Assembly (NCBI GenBank): GCA_964465575.1
Contig: CAYXIF010000004.1
Coordinates: 12,212 to 76,211 of the forward strand
Source of the DNA: an uncultured Candidatus Bathyarchaeia archaeon
GTDB taxonomy: Archaea > Thermoproteota > Bathyarchaeia > Bathyarchaeales > DTEX01
Length of the DNA: 64,000 nucleotides
Reading direction: 5' to 3'
Numbering within the stretch: position 1 is the stretch's first letter; every line of letters starts with the position of its first letter. The translations under genes were made by a program, and so were the position numbers. Positions 44,965 through 54,441 of the stretch are shown here, piece by piece. A model generated the notes under the pieces. It was given only the letters and a program-made list of their open reading frames with translations, was not told the DNA's origin and searched no databases.

Positions 44965-45191
44965 TATGAGCCCAGCGGGTTAAACCTGGCTACCCCACCC
45001 CGCTACTTGTGTTACGCCTTTTCTTGCCAGTCGCCGGCTTATTCCACTGTGAAATACAAAGCTCTACAATAAAAGAGTTGCGACAACGGTTCTTACTTGG
45101 GTCTTTCGGAAAGCCTTCCTCTCGTCTGCCGTGGGAGAGCTTGAAAAATGATAAATCCACAGTCTCAGACTCTTGTAAGAGGGCAACATGA

Positions 45192-46367
45192 TTGGTTAAG
45201 GGGCTCAGCATCATCGAGAACGCTTCGCTCAAGAGGAAGCTAGCTCAACCTGTTCGTTCACGGGTCTTCGAAGTCATAGGACCGTATAAGATGCAGGAAC
45301 GCTGGGAAGAGATTACAGAGCTTCCAAGCAACTGTCTGCTCTTGGCAACGAGACTGACTGGAATCTGTCAAGCTGACCTAAGGTATGTGAACTGTTCCCG
45401 TTCACCCGAAATCCTGAGAGAACGTCTTCCATTGCCAATCTTTCATGAAGGCGTCGCCGAGGTCTTGGACGTAGGAGATGATATCCACGGGTTCTCTAAG
45501 GGCGACCTTGCCGTCATCGCGCCGAACATACCATGCTACCTGCATGATCCTTGGAAGTATCCGGATGTGTACCGAGCCTGCAGATCCTGCCGACCTGAAG
45601 GGGCTGGTGAGAACCTCTGTGAGGACGTCAGGTTCCTTTCCAGCAATGCACCGGGTCTTTCAAGAACATTGTTCGTTCATCTTGGGTCGTGCCTCTTCCC
45701 CATTTCTCTCGGTGTTCCCGAAGAGATTGCTGTGCTGACTGAGCCCTTGACCGTCGTAAACAGAGCCTTGAAGCAAGTCAGGGTCAACTTTGACGACCGT
45801 GTAGCCGTACTAGGCGGAGGGTTCATGGGTTACATCACTGCCACGATGCTTTCGAAAATTGTTGGGATACGCAAATCTGATCTGCTCGTGACCGACATCT
45901 TCGATTCCAAGCTCGAAAAGCTCCGAAGTTTCGCAACGACGGTCAACGTGAAGGAGACGCCGCTTGAGAAAGAGTTCGTGTCCATGTATGATGTAGCGTT
46001 TGAGTGTGCGGGTGGGAAGGCGTCCGAGATGACGATTGATCAGGCCCTTTCAGTTCTGTCTCCTGGCGGAAGATGTATGCTCATCGGTGTAAGCGAAGAT
46101 AAGATTCCGGTGGGGACGAGAACGGTTCTCGAGAAAGGCTTGACCCTCAAGGGCACAACAAGAAGTGCCGCTACAGACTTCCGCGAAGTTCTCGAATGGC
46201 TGAAAAAGGAAGACTTCAGAAAAGCCCTTCAGCAGGCTGTCTACCCCTACATGTTCCCCGCCACGAACTGTGAATCCTTACTCGCCGCATGTAAGGTAGC
46301 CGAGAACCGTGAAACCCACGGCAAAGTCCTGATAGATTGGCGCAAGGAAGTCGCAAGTAAAGGGTGA
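45192..46367 (+). CDS. MDR-family alcohol/polyol dehydrogenase-like protein
   Basis: GICQADLRY, HEGVAEV and Rossmann VLGGGFMGY. TTG start per track; substrate unknown. Confidence 0.6.
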   Translation: MVKGLSIIENASLKRKLAQPVRSRVFEVIGPYKMQERWEEITELPSNCLLLATRLTGICQADLRYVNCSRSPEILRERLPLPIFHEGVAEVLDVGDDIHGFSKGDLAVIAPNIPCYLHDPWKYPDVYRACRSCRPEGAGENLCEDVRFLSSNAPGLSRTLFVHLGSCLFPISLGVPEEIAVLTEPLTVVNRALKQVRVNFDDRVAVLGGGFMGYITATMLSKIVGIRKSDLLVTDIFDSKLEKLRSFATTVNVKETPLEKEFVSMYDVAFECAGGKASEMTIDQALSVLSPGGRCMLIGVSEDKIPVGTRTVLEKGLTLKGTTRSAATDFREVLEWLKKEDFRKALQQAVYPYMFPATNCESLLAACKVAENRETHGKVLIDWRKEVASKG

Positions 46368-46370
46368 AAC

Positions 46371-47723
46371 GTGAGTATGTTATGTGCAGCCTTGGAAAGA
46401 CCCAAGAGGTTGGTAGTGAAGGAGAAGGAAATCCCTAGGATTGGCGAAGGAGACATTCTCGTTAAGATCGCAGCGTGCGCGATATGCGGAACAGACGTGA
46501 AGAAGTACTTCCTTGGGCACAGACTCATTAAGTCGTATCCGATAGTTCCGGGACATGAGCTCTCCGGAGAGATCGTGGAAGTTGGTAGAAAAGCAAAGGA
46601 ATTCGATGTTGTAATCGACGGCGAGAAGGAAGCGAGAACATACAATGAGGGCGAAAAGGTCGTGATCGCGCCCGTCATCGCCTGTGAAAAATGCGGTAGC
46701 TGTGTTGAAGGTCGTCCAGAGTCCTGCAACTTCCGTGAGGACTTCGGCTTCAACTACGACGGAGGATACGAAGAGTATACAGTCGTCCCAGAGAATCTCC
46801 TGAGAAAGAAGATCAACCCCGTCGTTCCGGTTCCGCAAGGTGTCCCACTCTACATGGCAGCTGTTTCAGAACCATTCGCTTGCGCCCTTCACGCTCATAA
46901 GAAGCTCGTGAGACCGGGAAGATGGGACAGAAAAAGGAATGTCTACGACTATGTTCAAGGAGTTGTTGATGGCGACGTTGTCGTCGTCATCGGCGGAGGA
47001 CCTTTAGGGTGCATGCATGCGGAGCTGGCGAAGAGTTCAGGCGCCGGGATGGTAATCGTCGCTCAGCACTCGGAGTGGAGGCTGAATATGATAAGGAACT
47101 TGGGCGTAGCTGACTATTGCGTGCTCAACGACTCTACTGAGGCTCTCATAAACTCCGTAAACGCCCTGACGGACGGTAGCGGCGCAGATGTCGTCATAAC
47201 CGCCACAAGTAGCGCCATAGCCCAGGTTCAAGCTATGAAGATTGTTCGGCAAGGAGGTGTTGTGAGTTTCTTTGGAGGCGTCGATGAGGACTCGGTCGAG
47301 ATTCCCACAAACAAGATCCACTACAACGGACCCTTCATCACAGGAACTAGCGGAGCCTCACCTTACCATATCCCGATTATCCTGAAGCTCATGGCAGAAG
47401 GCAGGATCGATGCAACGAAGTACATCACACATCTTCTGGGACTCCACGACCTCGAAAAGGTCCTTTTGCTTAGCGGGGTTCCAGCTTTCGAGTCCGTTGA
47501 GAGGATTGTCAAAGTCCACGGAGAAGACTATCTGGGCTTTCTCAGCAACCAGCGCCTTGGGTTGGAGAGGTATAAGACTTCGGCTGAGAAGGCTGCAGGC
47601 TTCAAAGGAAGCATCCTAAAAGCTCTAGTGGTTCCTTCACTATCCGTAGAAGGAGGCATTGTCTCTCTCTCATCGCTGCCTTTGGCGAGACGCAGGAAAA
47701 CTTTGATCAGTAAGGTAGGGTAA
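46371..47723 (+). CDS. Zinc-dependent MDR alcohol/polyol dehydrogenase with a C-terminal extension of about 100 aa
   Basis: CAICGTDVKKY, GHELSGEIVEVG, structural-Zn CEKCGSCVEGRPESC and Rossmann VIGGGPLGC. Sequence continues about 100 aa beyond the usual MDR end. Confidence 0.75.
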   Translation: MSMLCAALERPKRLVVKEKEIPRIGEGDILVKIAACAICGTDVKKYFLGHRLIKSYPIVPGHELSGEIVEVGRKAKEFDVVIDGEKEARTYNEGEKVVIAPVIACEKCGSCVEGRPESCNFREDFGFNYDGGYEEYTVVPENLLRKKINPVVPVPQGVPLYMAAVSEPFACALHAHKKLVRPGRWDRKRNVYDYVQGVVDGDVVVVIGGGPLGCMHAELAKSSGAGMVIVAQHSEWRLNMIRNLGVADYCVLNDSTEALINSVNALTDGSGADVVITATSSAIAQVQAMKIVRQGGVVSFFGGVDEDSVEIPTNKIHYNGPFITGTSGASPYHIPIILKLMAEGRIDATKYITHLLGLHDLEKVLLLSGVPAFESVERIVKVHGEDYLGFLSNQRLGLERYKTSAEKAAGFKGSILKALVVPSLSVEGGIVSLSSLPLARRRKTLISKVG

Positions 47724-47756
47724 TGTGTAAGTGCGCATTTGCAGAGATGATGGTTT

Positions 47757-49274
47757 ATGACGCCATACCTCATTGGAGTTGACCTTGGAACATCTGCATG
47801 CAAAACAGTAGTCTTCACCATGGAAGGCAGAAAAGTGTCTGAGGCTCAGAGAGAGTACCCTGTCTATCATCTCAAACCAAGGTGGGCTGAGCAGAAGCCT
47901 CTGGATTGGTGGAACGCTGCAGCCGAAACGTTAAGGGAGAGCCTTAAGAAAGCCAAGGTCATCGAGGACGAGATCGCGGGGCTATCAGTGGATTCCCAAA
48001 GGGAAGCCGTTGTTCCCATCGGGAAGAAAGGTGAGGAACTGTATAACAGCATAATCTGGCTGGACAACCGAACTGGCCCGCAGGTAGAAGAGATCAAGAA
48101 GCTCATAAGCGAAGAAAGAGTGCTATCGATCACAGGAATTAGCATTGACCCAATCTTCTCGGCTTCCAAGATACTCTGGCTCAAGGAGAACGTCCCAAGA
48201 GTCTACGAGGACACGGAGTGTCTTCTCTGCGCGAAGGACTACATCATCTACAAACTCTCGGGGGCGATGGTGACAGACTACTCCATGGCCTCGAGAACGT
48301 TGCTCTTCGATATCAGGAAACGCAAATGGTCGGAGAACGTATGCTCAACTATCGGCATACCCGTTGAGAAGCTTCCGCCGGCAAAGGAGTCATTGGCCGT
48401 CGTCGGAGAAGTCTCACATCAGGCTTCTGAGATTACTCTACTTCCCAAGGGGCTTCCCATTGTGAACGGGGGCGGAGACCGACCATGTGAGTGCCTGGGT
48501 GCTGGTGTAACCAACCCCGGACCTGTCAACATAGGAACTGGCACCGGCTCGGTTGTGGAGGTTCCTCTTAGCGAACCAGCGATCGACATTGAGGGAAGGC
48601 TTCACTGCTGTTGCCACGTCATCCCTGACACATGGGAGTATGAGGCCATAATCACGACCACAGGGGCCTCCTTGCGCTGGTTCAGGGACACACTCGGAAT
48701 CGAAGAGAAGATTGAAGCACGGAAAGCTGGGCAAGACCCCTACGACCTCCTGACTGAGAAAGCCACAAAGGTTCCCGCAGGTTCCGATGGTCTGTTTTTC
48801 TACCCCTATCTCACAGGCGCGTTCTCGCCCAAGTTCAATGAGAAAGCTCGGGGGGTCTACTTCGGCATTACTCTTTCGCACACAAAGGGGCACTTCGTTC
48901 GAGCTATATTGGAAGGGGTAGCCTTCCAGTATCTTGAGACCTTTGGGCTTTTGAAGGAGCTAGGCGTAAAGGTCAGAGAAGTCAGCATGGTTGGAGGAGA
49001 GACAAAGAGCGACCTCTGGAACCAGATCAAGGCCGACATATTTGGAAGAAGCATCCGGCTCCCAGGGGTTGAAGATGCCGCCGCACTGGGCGCGGCTCTC
49101 CTTGCCGGGACTGGTGTCGGACACTACACAAGTCTGCGTAAGGCGGCTGAGGATGCTGTAAGGATAGAAAGAGTTTACACGCCAAATCCTAAAGCCCAAA
49201 GGATGTACCGGAAAGTCTACGGGCACTATAGAAGAGCATATTCTTTCATAGAGAACGCTTACGAGATCTGCTAA
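47757..49274 (+). CDS. FGGY-family carbohydrate kinase (xylulokinase/glycerol kinase-like)
   Basis: IGVDLGTSACKTVVF phosphate-1 motif and GGGDRPCE / GGETKSDLWNQIKADIFG C-domain motifs. Confidence 0.85.
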   Translation: MTPYLIGVDLGTSACKTVVFTMEGRKVSEAQREYPVYHLKPRWAEQKPLDWWNAAAETLRESLKKAKVIEDEIAGLSVDSQREAVVPIGKKGEELYNSIIWLDNRTGPQVEEIKKLISEERVLSITGISIDPIFSASKILWLKENVPRVYEDTECLLCAKDYIIYKLSGAMVTDYSMASRTLLFDIRKRKWSENVCSTIGIPVEKLPPAKESLAVVGEVSHQASEITLLPKGLPIVNGGGDRPCECLGAGVTNPGPVNIGTGTGSVVEVPLSEPAIDIEGRLHCCCHVIPDTWEYEAIITTTGASLRWFRDTLGIEEKIEARKAGQDPYDLLTEKATKVPAGSDGLFFYPYLTGAFSPKFNEKARGVYFGITLSHTKGHFVRAILEGVAFQYLETFGLLKELGVKVREVSMVGGETKSDLWNQIKADIFGRSIRLPGVEDAAALGAALLAGTGVGHYTSLRKAAEDAVRIERVYTPNPKAQRMYRKVYGHYRRAYSFIENAYEIC

Positions 49275-49293
49275 TGAACGTAGTCCAGCAATC

Positions 49294-50355
49294 TCACTTG
49301 TATTCTCCGTATCTCTTGACGAGTTCGATGACTCGTTTGTACTGCTGGAAGCTCACGTTCTTTGGGACTGAGTGATCTGAGTGGTAGATATATCCGCCTC
49401 CTTCCTTGGCTTTCGTGACCTTTTCTTTGATCTCCTTTTCGATGGGCTTAGGGTCGTCAAGCGCCATCAGCCTGACATCTATGCCTCCCATGAAGCAGAT
49501 TTTGTCCCCGTATTGCTCCTTCAGCTGCATGAGGTTCATTCCTGACTTAACTTCGAGCGGCTGGAGACAGTCTATGCCCTCTTCGATGAAGTACGGCACA
49601 AGATCCTTCACTTTACCGCAACAGTGAAGGAGCACAGACATACCCTTGCTGTGGAAGAAGCTGCACAGATCCTTAAAGACGGGGTGCAACTGAGCCTCGT
49701 AGTGCTTAGGTGAAAAGAAGAGGCCACCCCTATAGCCCAGGTCGCAGTATAGAAATGCTCCATCGAACTCGAAACCGCCTCCTATCATGCGGTCGCACAT
49801 GCCTATCGCCAGCTTAGCATCAGTCCGGTACATGTCCTCAACCCACTCTGGCTCAGCTATGACAGCCTTCAGCAGCCGGGGCGAAGCCACGTAGCTCTGG
49901 ACTTTGTCGTATCCCACGGTTGCGTTGTATGTGATGAATCTTCCTCGGCTTCGTTCCCGGCTAAAGGCTTGCAGACCCGAAACCCAGTCAACGCGGTAAT
50001 CACTTGGTGTCAGCTTAGGCTTCATATTATCCCAGTCCTCTCTACCCTTGCAGGGATAGTCAATGATCATGGGTGTCGTCGAAAAGTCCCGGTGGTTCTT
50101 CCTGATGCCCCCGAAACTGTTTCGCTCAACAATATATTGTTCATCCTCGGAGAGAACCTCAACGGGAAACTGCGGCGAAGTGTCGGCTCCAAAACCGCAC
50201 AGTTCATAGCCGAAGTAATCCGCAGGTGAAATTCCAGATGGCAGCCCCTCGGTTCTCCACCGATCTGCGGTCGCTGCCCAAGGGCTGTCATGGATGGGCA
50301 CTCGATCTGGTTCACGGTGCTGAAGGGCTAACTTTACTCTTTCACGCGAGTTCAT
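49294..50355 (-). CDS. Uroporphyrinogen decarboxylase (URO-D) superfamily protein (MtaA/CmuA-like methyltransferase or decarboxylase)
   Basis: RERVKLALQHREPDRVPI N-terminus and overall TIM-barrel URO-D pattern. Specific activity not determinable. Confidence 0.6.
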   Translation of the reverse strand: MNSRERVKLALQHREPDRVPIHDSPWAATADRWRTEGLPSGISPADYFGYELCGFGADTSPQFPVEVLSEDEQYIVERNSFGGIRKNHRDFSTTPMIIDYPCKGREDWDNMKPKLTPSDYRVDWVSGLQAFSRERSRGRFITYNATVGYDKVQSYVASPRLLKAVIAEPEWVEDMYRTDAKLAIGMCDRMIGGGFEFDGAFLYCDLGYRGGLFFSPKHYEAQLHPVFKDLCSFFHSKGMSVLLHCCGKVKDLVPYFIEEGIDCLQPLEVKSGMNLMQLKEQYGDKICFMGGIDVRLMALDDPKPIEKEIKEKVTKAKEGGGYIYHSDHSVPKNVSFQQYKRVIELVKRYGEYK

Positions 50356-50447
50356 GCTAGATACGTAACCGCTTTTCGATATTAAAGATTATCCGCAAAG
50401 CATCTGATTGTCCAGATTTATATGCAGAAGATGGAATAGAATCTGTC

Positions 50448-50966
50448 ATGGCCAATCAGAAAATAGTCATCATCATGGGTTCGAAAAGCGATCTACCTTT
50501 CGCCCAAAAGATTGAGCGCTTCTTGCAGAATGAAGGCCTCGCAGTAGGTTGTGAATTCACGGTGGCTTCTGCTCATAGAATCCCGAATATACTCCTAGAG
50601 AAACTGATGAGGTACGAAAAGTCAGGAGACAAGATAGTGTTCGTAACAATCGCAGGCTTGTCGGATGCGCTCTCCGGCGTCACAGCGGGCTTCTCGATGT
50701 ACCCTGTTATTGCCTGCCCTCCTGACTTGGACAGTCTAGGCTGGACTAAGGCTTTTTCCTCTCTAGCAACTCCCATCGGGGTTCCTGTCCTTCTAGCCTC
50801 GAAACCAGAGAATGCTGCTCTGGCTGCAATAAAGATCTTGGCACTTTCAGATCGCGGTCTTCAGGAAGAGGTTGAGCGGTACATTCAGAAGAAGAGAAAC
50901 GAGGTCGTCCAGGCTGACAAGATGATAAAAAGCGACAGCAAGTCGAATCGGAGGAGTGAATTGTGA
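50448..50966 (+). CDS. purE: PurE-family AIR carboxylase / N5-CAIR mutase (class II-like motif)
   Basis: KIVIIMGSKSDL. The second block reads IAGLSDALSGV...YPVIACPP, closer to the class II AGRSNGLGPV...YPVISCPP pattern than to class I AGGAAHLPG. Confidence 0.8.
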   Translation: MANQKIVIIMGSKSDLPFAQKIERFLQNEGLAVGCEFTVASAHRIPNILLEKLMRYEKSGDKIVFVTIAGLSDALSGVTAGFSMYPVIACPPDLDSLGWTKAFSSLATPIGVPVLLASKPENAALAAIKILALSDRGLQEEVERYIQKKRNEVVQADKMIKSDSKSNRRSEL

Positions 50967-51826
50967 ACACAGAATTGAGAAACGTTGTCATGGAAACGAA
51001 TCTGCATTACCCCTTGTACAAAAAGGGTAAGGTGCGCGATATATATGACCTCGGCGACAACCTGCTCATAGTGACAACCGACAGGATCTCAGCTTTCGAC
51101 GTTGTTCTACCCAATGGGATACCGTGCAAAGGTGAGGCTTTGAACCTCCTTTCAGCATACTGGTTCAGTGAGACACGCGACATCATCCCAAACCATCTCT
51201 TGGAAGTGGTGGATTCAAGGACAGTCCTCGTGAAGAAGACCAAGAACATAAAGATAGAGTTCGTTGTCAGAGGCTACCTCTACGGTCAGTCTTGGGAAAA
51301 CTATAGGGAAGGAAAAGACATATGCGGGATAAGGCTTCCTTCTGGATTGAGAAAAGCGCAGAAGCTGTCACAGCCGATTCTGACTCCTACAACCAAGGCG
51401 GACACGGGGCACGATGTTGAACTGACGAGCAGCAGGGTGGTGAAGATGATTGGGAAGGGGCTGACAGAAGAGATCGAAGAAGCTATCTTGAAGATCTATG
51501 ATGTGGCTTCACGGAGGGCTGATTCTAAGGGGCTGATCGTGGCGGACACGAAGTTCGAGTTTGGCCTACGCGACGATGAGCTGCTGTTGATTGATGAGTT
51601 GGTTACTCCTGATTCATCTCGCTTTTGGCCCAAAGATCAATACGAGATAGGAAAAGATCAGCCCAGCTTCGACAAGCAACCGGTGAGGGACTACCTCGTA
51701 TCCATTGGCTGGGACAAGCATCCACCGGCCCCGTCGCTTCCGGAACATGTAATCCTCGAGACGTCCAAAAGATATATAGACGCCTATGAAAGACTATCTG
51801 GAACCAAATTTGGTGATAGGCAATGA
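50963..51826 (+). CDS. purC: SAICAR synthetase
   Basis: YKKGKVRDIYD, TDRISAFD and ADTKFEFG motifs. Overlaps the purE stop. Confidence 0.9.
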   Translation: MNTELRNVVMETNLHYPLYKKGKVRDIYDLGDNLLIVTTDRISAFDVVLPNGIPCKGEALNLLSAYWFSETRDIIPNHLLEVVDSRTVLVKKTKNIKIEFVVRGYLYGQSWENYREGKDICGIRLPSGLRKAQKLSQPILTPTTKADTGHDVELTSSRVVKMIGKGLTEEIEEAILKIYDVASRRADSKGLIVADTKFEFGLRDDELLLIDELVTPDSSRFWPKDQYEIGKDQPSFDKQPVRDYLVSIGWDKHPPAPSLPEHVILETSKRYIDAYERLSGTKFGDRQ

Positions 51827-53199
51827 TACAACGGGAAGAGATGCAGGAAGTTGTCAAGTCCTACAAAGAGCCTATTGGGCTGAACTTGGGCTCTCACTCA
51901 GCGCTGGACGCTTGGCAAGGACAACGGAACTATGGGTTAAGAAGCATAGTCTACGTTCCGAAAGGGCGTGCGAGAATCTACCTCCAGAACCCTATGGTAG
52001 GCAATCCAGGTGAGGAAATGGAGGATCTCCCCTCGGCTGTCAGCAGAGACTTGATAGTGGTAAACGACACGGAGGATATAAAGAAGAAGGGTTCGTGGAA
52101 ATCTGCAATTTTGATCGTTGATTCGTATGACCAGATAGTCAAGCATGTGGATGAGCTCGTCGAGCTGGAGTGCATCCAGATACCAAACAGAGCTTTCGCA
52201 GTTTATGTTGGTGGAGACGCCTACTGCACCGTGATCGAGAAGGAGTTCGGTGTTCCAATCCTTGGTTCTAGAAACATCCTTAAAATTGAGAACCGAGGCA
52301 TGCTTGAACGCGACTACTACTGGTTCGCAGAGAGAGCAGGGATTCCTTATCCCAAGGCGTACGAGTACAAGGTGGCCGAGACTGGCATCCGGTTCAAGGA
52401 GTATATTGACGAGCCGCTTCTTATGAAGGCTGAACACGCTCACAGGGAGCTTGAGAGGGAGTTCATTTTCGCCGCTGACTCGCACGACCTTGAGGAAAAG
52501 GTGGAGAGTGAGCTGAAACTGGGGAACATCACGGTCGAGGGGCTAGAATCAGCTCGAGTTGAACAGATCGTGCTCGGTCCCCATGCGAACTTCAACCTTT
52601 TCTTCTCGCCTATAAGTGCGGAGAAAGAATGGGGGGACGCGGACGATGCCTTCGCCAAGCTCTTCAAAGTGAGCCTTGAGCAGGCTCGTGTGCACCTGGC
52701 TAATGAATTCTTGTCCATAGACGAGCGGCGAGAGACCATTCTTGACGGTGTAAAGAGACTTCCGATAGATGTCCAACAGAAGATAAAGAAGGTCCCTTCG
52801 TTCGAAGTCACATGCCATCTCGCAATGAGCCTGAGAGAGTCGCTCCTCAAGGATGTGCATAAGTACGCTGATGCATTTCTTCTCGCAACAAGGCAATACG
52901 AACCTCCTGGCATCATTGGCGCTTGGTGCCTTCAAACCCTCATTACTTGGTCGAAGATCCCGGGCGCAGCTGTTGAATACGGGCTTTACGATGTGCCTGC
53001 GGGCAAGGAGACCTATATGCATGTGCCAGTAACCCAAGACATCGCGGTAAGACATGGTGGCGGAACCAACGTTCACATGGGCATAGGCTCCCAGTACGCG
53101 AACGCCATGTACCAAAGAAGCATGAGTATGGGCGACCGAATAGCGCTAGAGATCCTAAGAGCAACGAAAGAGAAGAAGCTAGAGAGAATTGTAACATAA
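51823..53199 (+). CDS. purP: FAICAR synthetase, archaeal formate-dependent (PurP)
   Basis: LGSHSALD N-terminal motif and ATP-grasp C-half ending VRHGGGTNVHMG...MSMGDRIALEI. 458 aa, longer than the roughly 360 aa that I recall for PurP. Confidence 0.75.
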   Translation: MIQREEMQEVVKSYKEPIGLNLGSHSALDAWQGQRNYGLRSIVYVPKGRARIYLQNPMVGNPGEEMEDLPSAVSRDLIVVNDTEDIKKKGSWKSAILIVDSYDQIVKHVDELVELECIQIPNRAFAVYVGGDAYCTVIEKEFGVPILGSRNILKIENRGMLERDYYWFAERAGIPYPKAYEYKVAETGIRFKEYIDEPLLMKAEHAHRELEREFIFAADSHDLEEKVESELKLGNITVEGLESARVEQIVLGPHANFNLFFSPISAEKEWGDADDAFAKLFKVSLEQARVHLANEFLSIDERRETILDGVKRLPIDVQQKIKKVPSFEVTCHLAMSLRESLLKDVHKYADAFLLATRQYEPPGIIGAWCLQTLITWSKIPGAAVEYGLYDVPAGKETYMHVPVTQDIAVRHGGGTNVHMGIGSQYANAMYQRSMSMGDRIALEILRATKEKKLERIVT

Positions 53200-53201
53200 C
53201 A

Positions 53202-54371
53202 ATGCGTGGCACATTTGGAATGAGTTCAAAGTACGCTGAAGCCGGAGTTGACGTAAAGAAGCATGGAATCGAAGTCTTCCAGGCGACTGTCCACAACCTT
53301 TTTCCTGAAGCTTTCTGCGTCGTAGCAGAGGATCCAGTGGCTCCCGGCTTCGGTCTGGTCACACACGTAGACAGTGCCGGGAGCAAGCCAGTTCAAGCCT
53401 ATCTTAACTGGAAAGAGACAGGTATCCTCGAATGGTTCAGGGGACTTGGACAAGATGTTCTGGCAATGAACTTGAACGACGTAGCCTGCGTTGGCGCCAG
53501 ACCGGTGAACTTCGTCGACTACATAGCACTAAACCCTCGTAAAGTCCCCAAAGCCGCGCTCCTGAAGGTTCTGAACGCAGGGTTCAGGGATTGCTTTGAG
53601 ACGCTTGAGCGATGCGGAATCAAGATCCTCTTTTCTGGTGGCGAAACGGCTGATCTTCCTGATCAGCTCAGGACCCTCGACATCTCCGGCGTCGTAAACG
53701 GGCGCGTAGAACTGTCCAAGGCGGTGACTGGAGCCAACATATCACCGGGAGATGTCATCATAGGTCTAAGAAGCGGCGGAAGGACGATATTCGAGCCAAA
53801 GATGAATAGTGGAATCATGTGCAACGGACTCACTTTGGCAAGGCGTTGCCTTTTGAAGAGGGACTACCAAGCGAAGTACCCGGAGATCGCGGATCCCGAA
53901 GGAAGAGGATACAGCGGAAGGTACAGGATTGACCAATATCTGGACGAACTGGACATGACAATCGGCGAGGCGTTGGTCTCGCCCATGAGGTTCTTTGTCC
54001 CTGTCGTCCTGAGAATACTGGAGAAGTCCGGACCCAGCGTGACCGGACTGGTGCATAACATGGGAGGCGGAATGACGAAATGCCTGCGGGTTGGCAGAAA
54101 CACCGACTTTGTCAAGGACTCTCTCTTTGAACCTGACCCTATCTTCAGTTTGATTCAAAGGGAATCCGGTGAAAGCTGGAGAGCCATGTTCGAGATCTAC
54201 AACATGGGGACGGGCTTCGAAGTTGTCGCAAAGCCTGAAGCCCAAGACGACATACTGAGCATCTCGGCCGGTTTTGGACTCGAAGCTAAGGTCATTGGAA
54301 GGTGCAGAAAGAGCCGTGGGGAGAATAAGGTAACGATCAAGAGTCAATGGGGCAGGTTCCGATATGGATAG
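53202..54371 (+). CDS. purM: AIR synthase (PurM)-family protein
   Basis: KYAEAGVDVKK N-terminus, DSAGSK and NDVACVGARP blocks of the PurM/AIRS fold. Divergent, so a PurM-related paralog cannot be excluded. Confidence 0.7.
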   Translation: MRGTFGMSSKYAEAGVDVKKHGIEVFQATVHNLFPEAFCVVAEDPVAPGFGLVTHVDSAGSKPVQAYLNWKETGILEWFRGLGQDVLAMNLNDVACVGARPVNFVDYIALNPRKVPKAALLKVLNAGFRDCFETLERCGIKILFSGGETADLPDQLRTLDISGVVNGRVELSKAVTGANISPGDVIIGLRSGGRTIFEPKMNSGIMCNGLTLARRCLLKRDYQAKYPEIADPEGRGYSGRYRIDQYLDELDMTIGEALVSPMRFFVPVVLRILEKSGPSVTGLVHNMGGGMTKCLRVGRNTDFVKDSLFEPDPIFSLIQRESGESWRAMFEIYNMGTGFEVVAKPEAQDDILSISAGFGLEAKVIGRCRKSRGENKVTIKSQWGRFRYG

Positions 54372-54441
54372 CATCCCTTTTGCGGCGGTGGGAAAAGGCT
54401 CGTGAACTGAAAGGACCTGCTGGCTAGGGGTTGATTATCCG

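Larger units (their letters stand above)
44879..45004 (-). tRNA. Initiator tRNA-Met (CAT) with two introns and genomically encoded CCA
   Basis: The minus strand folds as AGCGGGG/TG/GGGT-AGCCAGGTTTA-ACCC/G/CTGGG-CTCATA[18-nt intron]A-CCCAG/AGATC/GGTCG-TTCAAA[29-nt intron]T-CGACC/CCCCGCT/A/CCA. A1:U72 and three G:C pairs at 29-31:39-41 mark an initiator. Confidence 0.85.
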
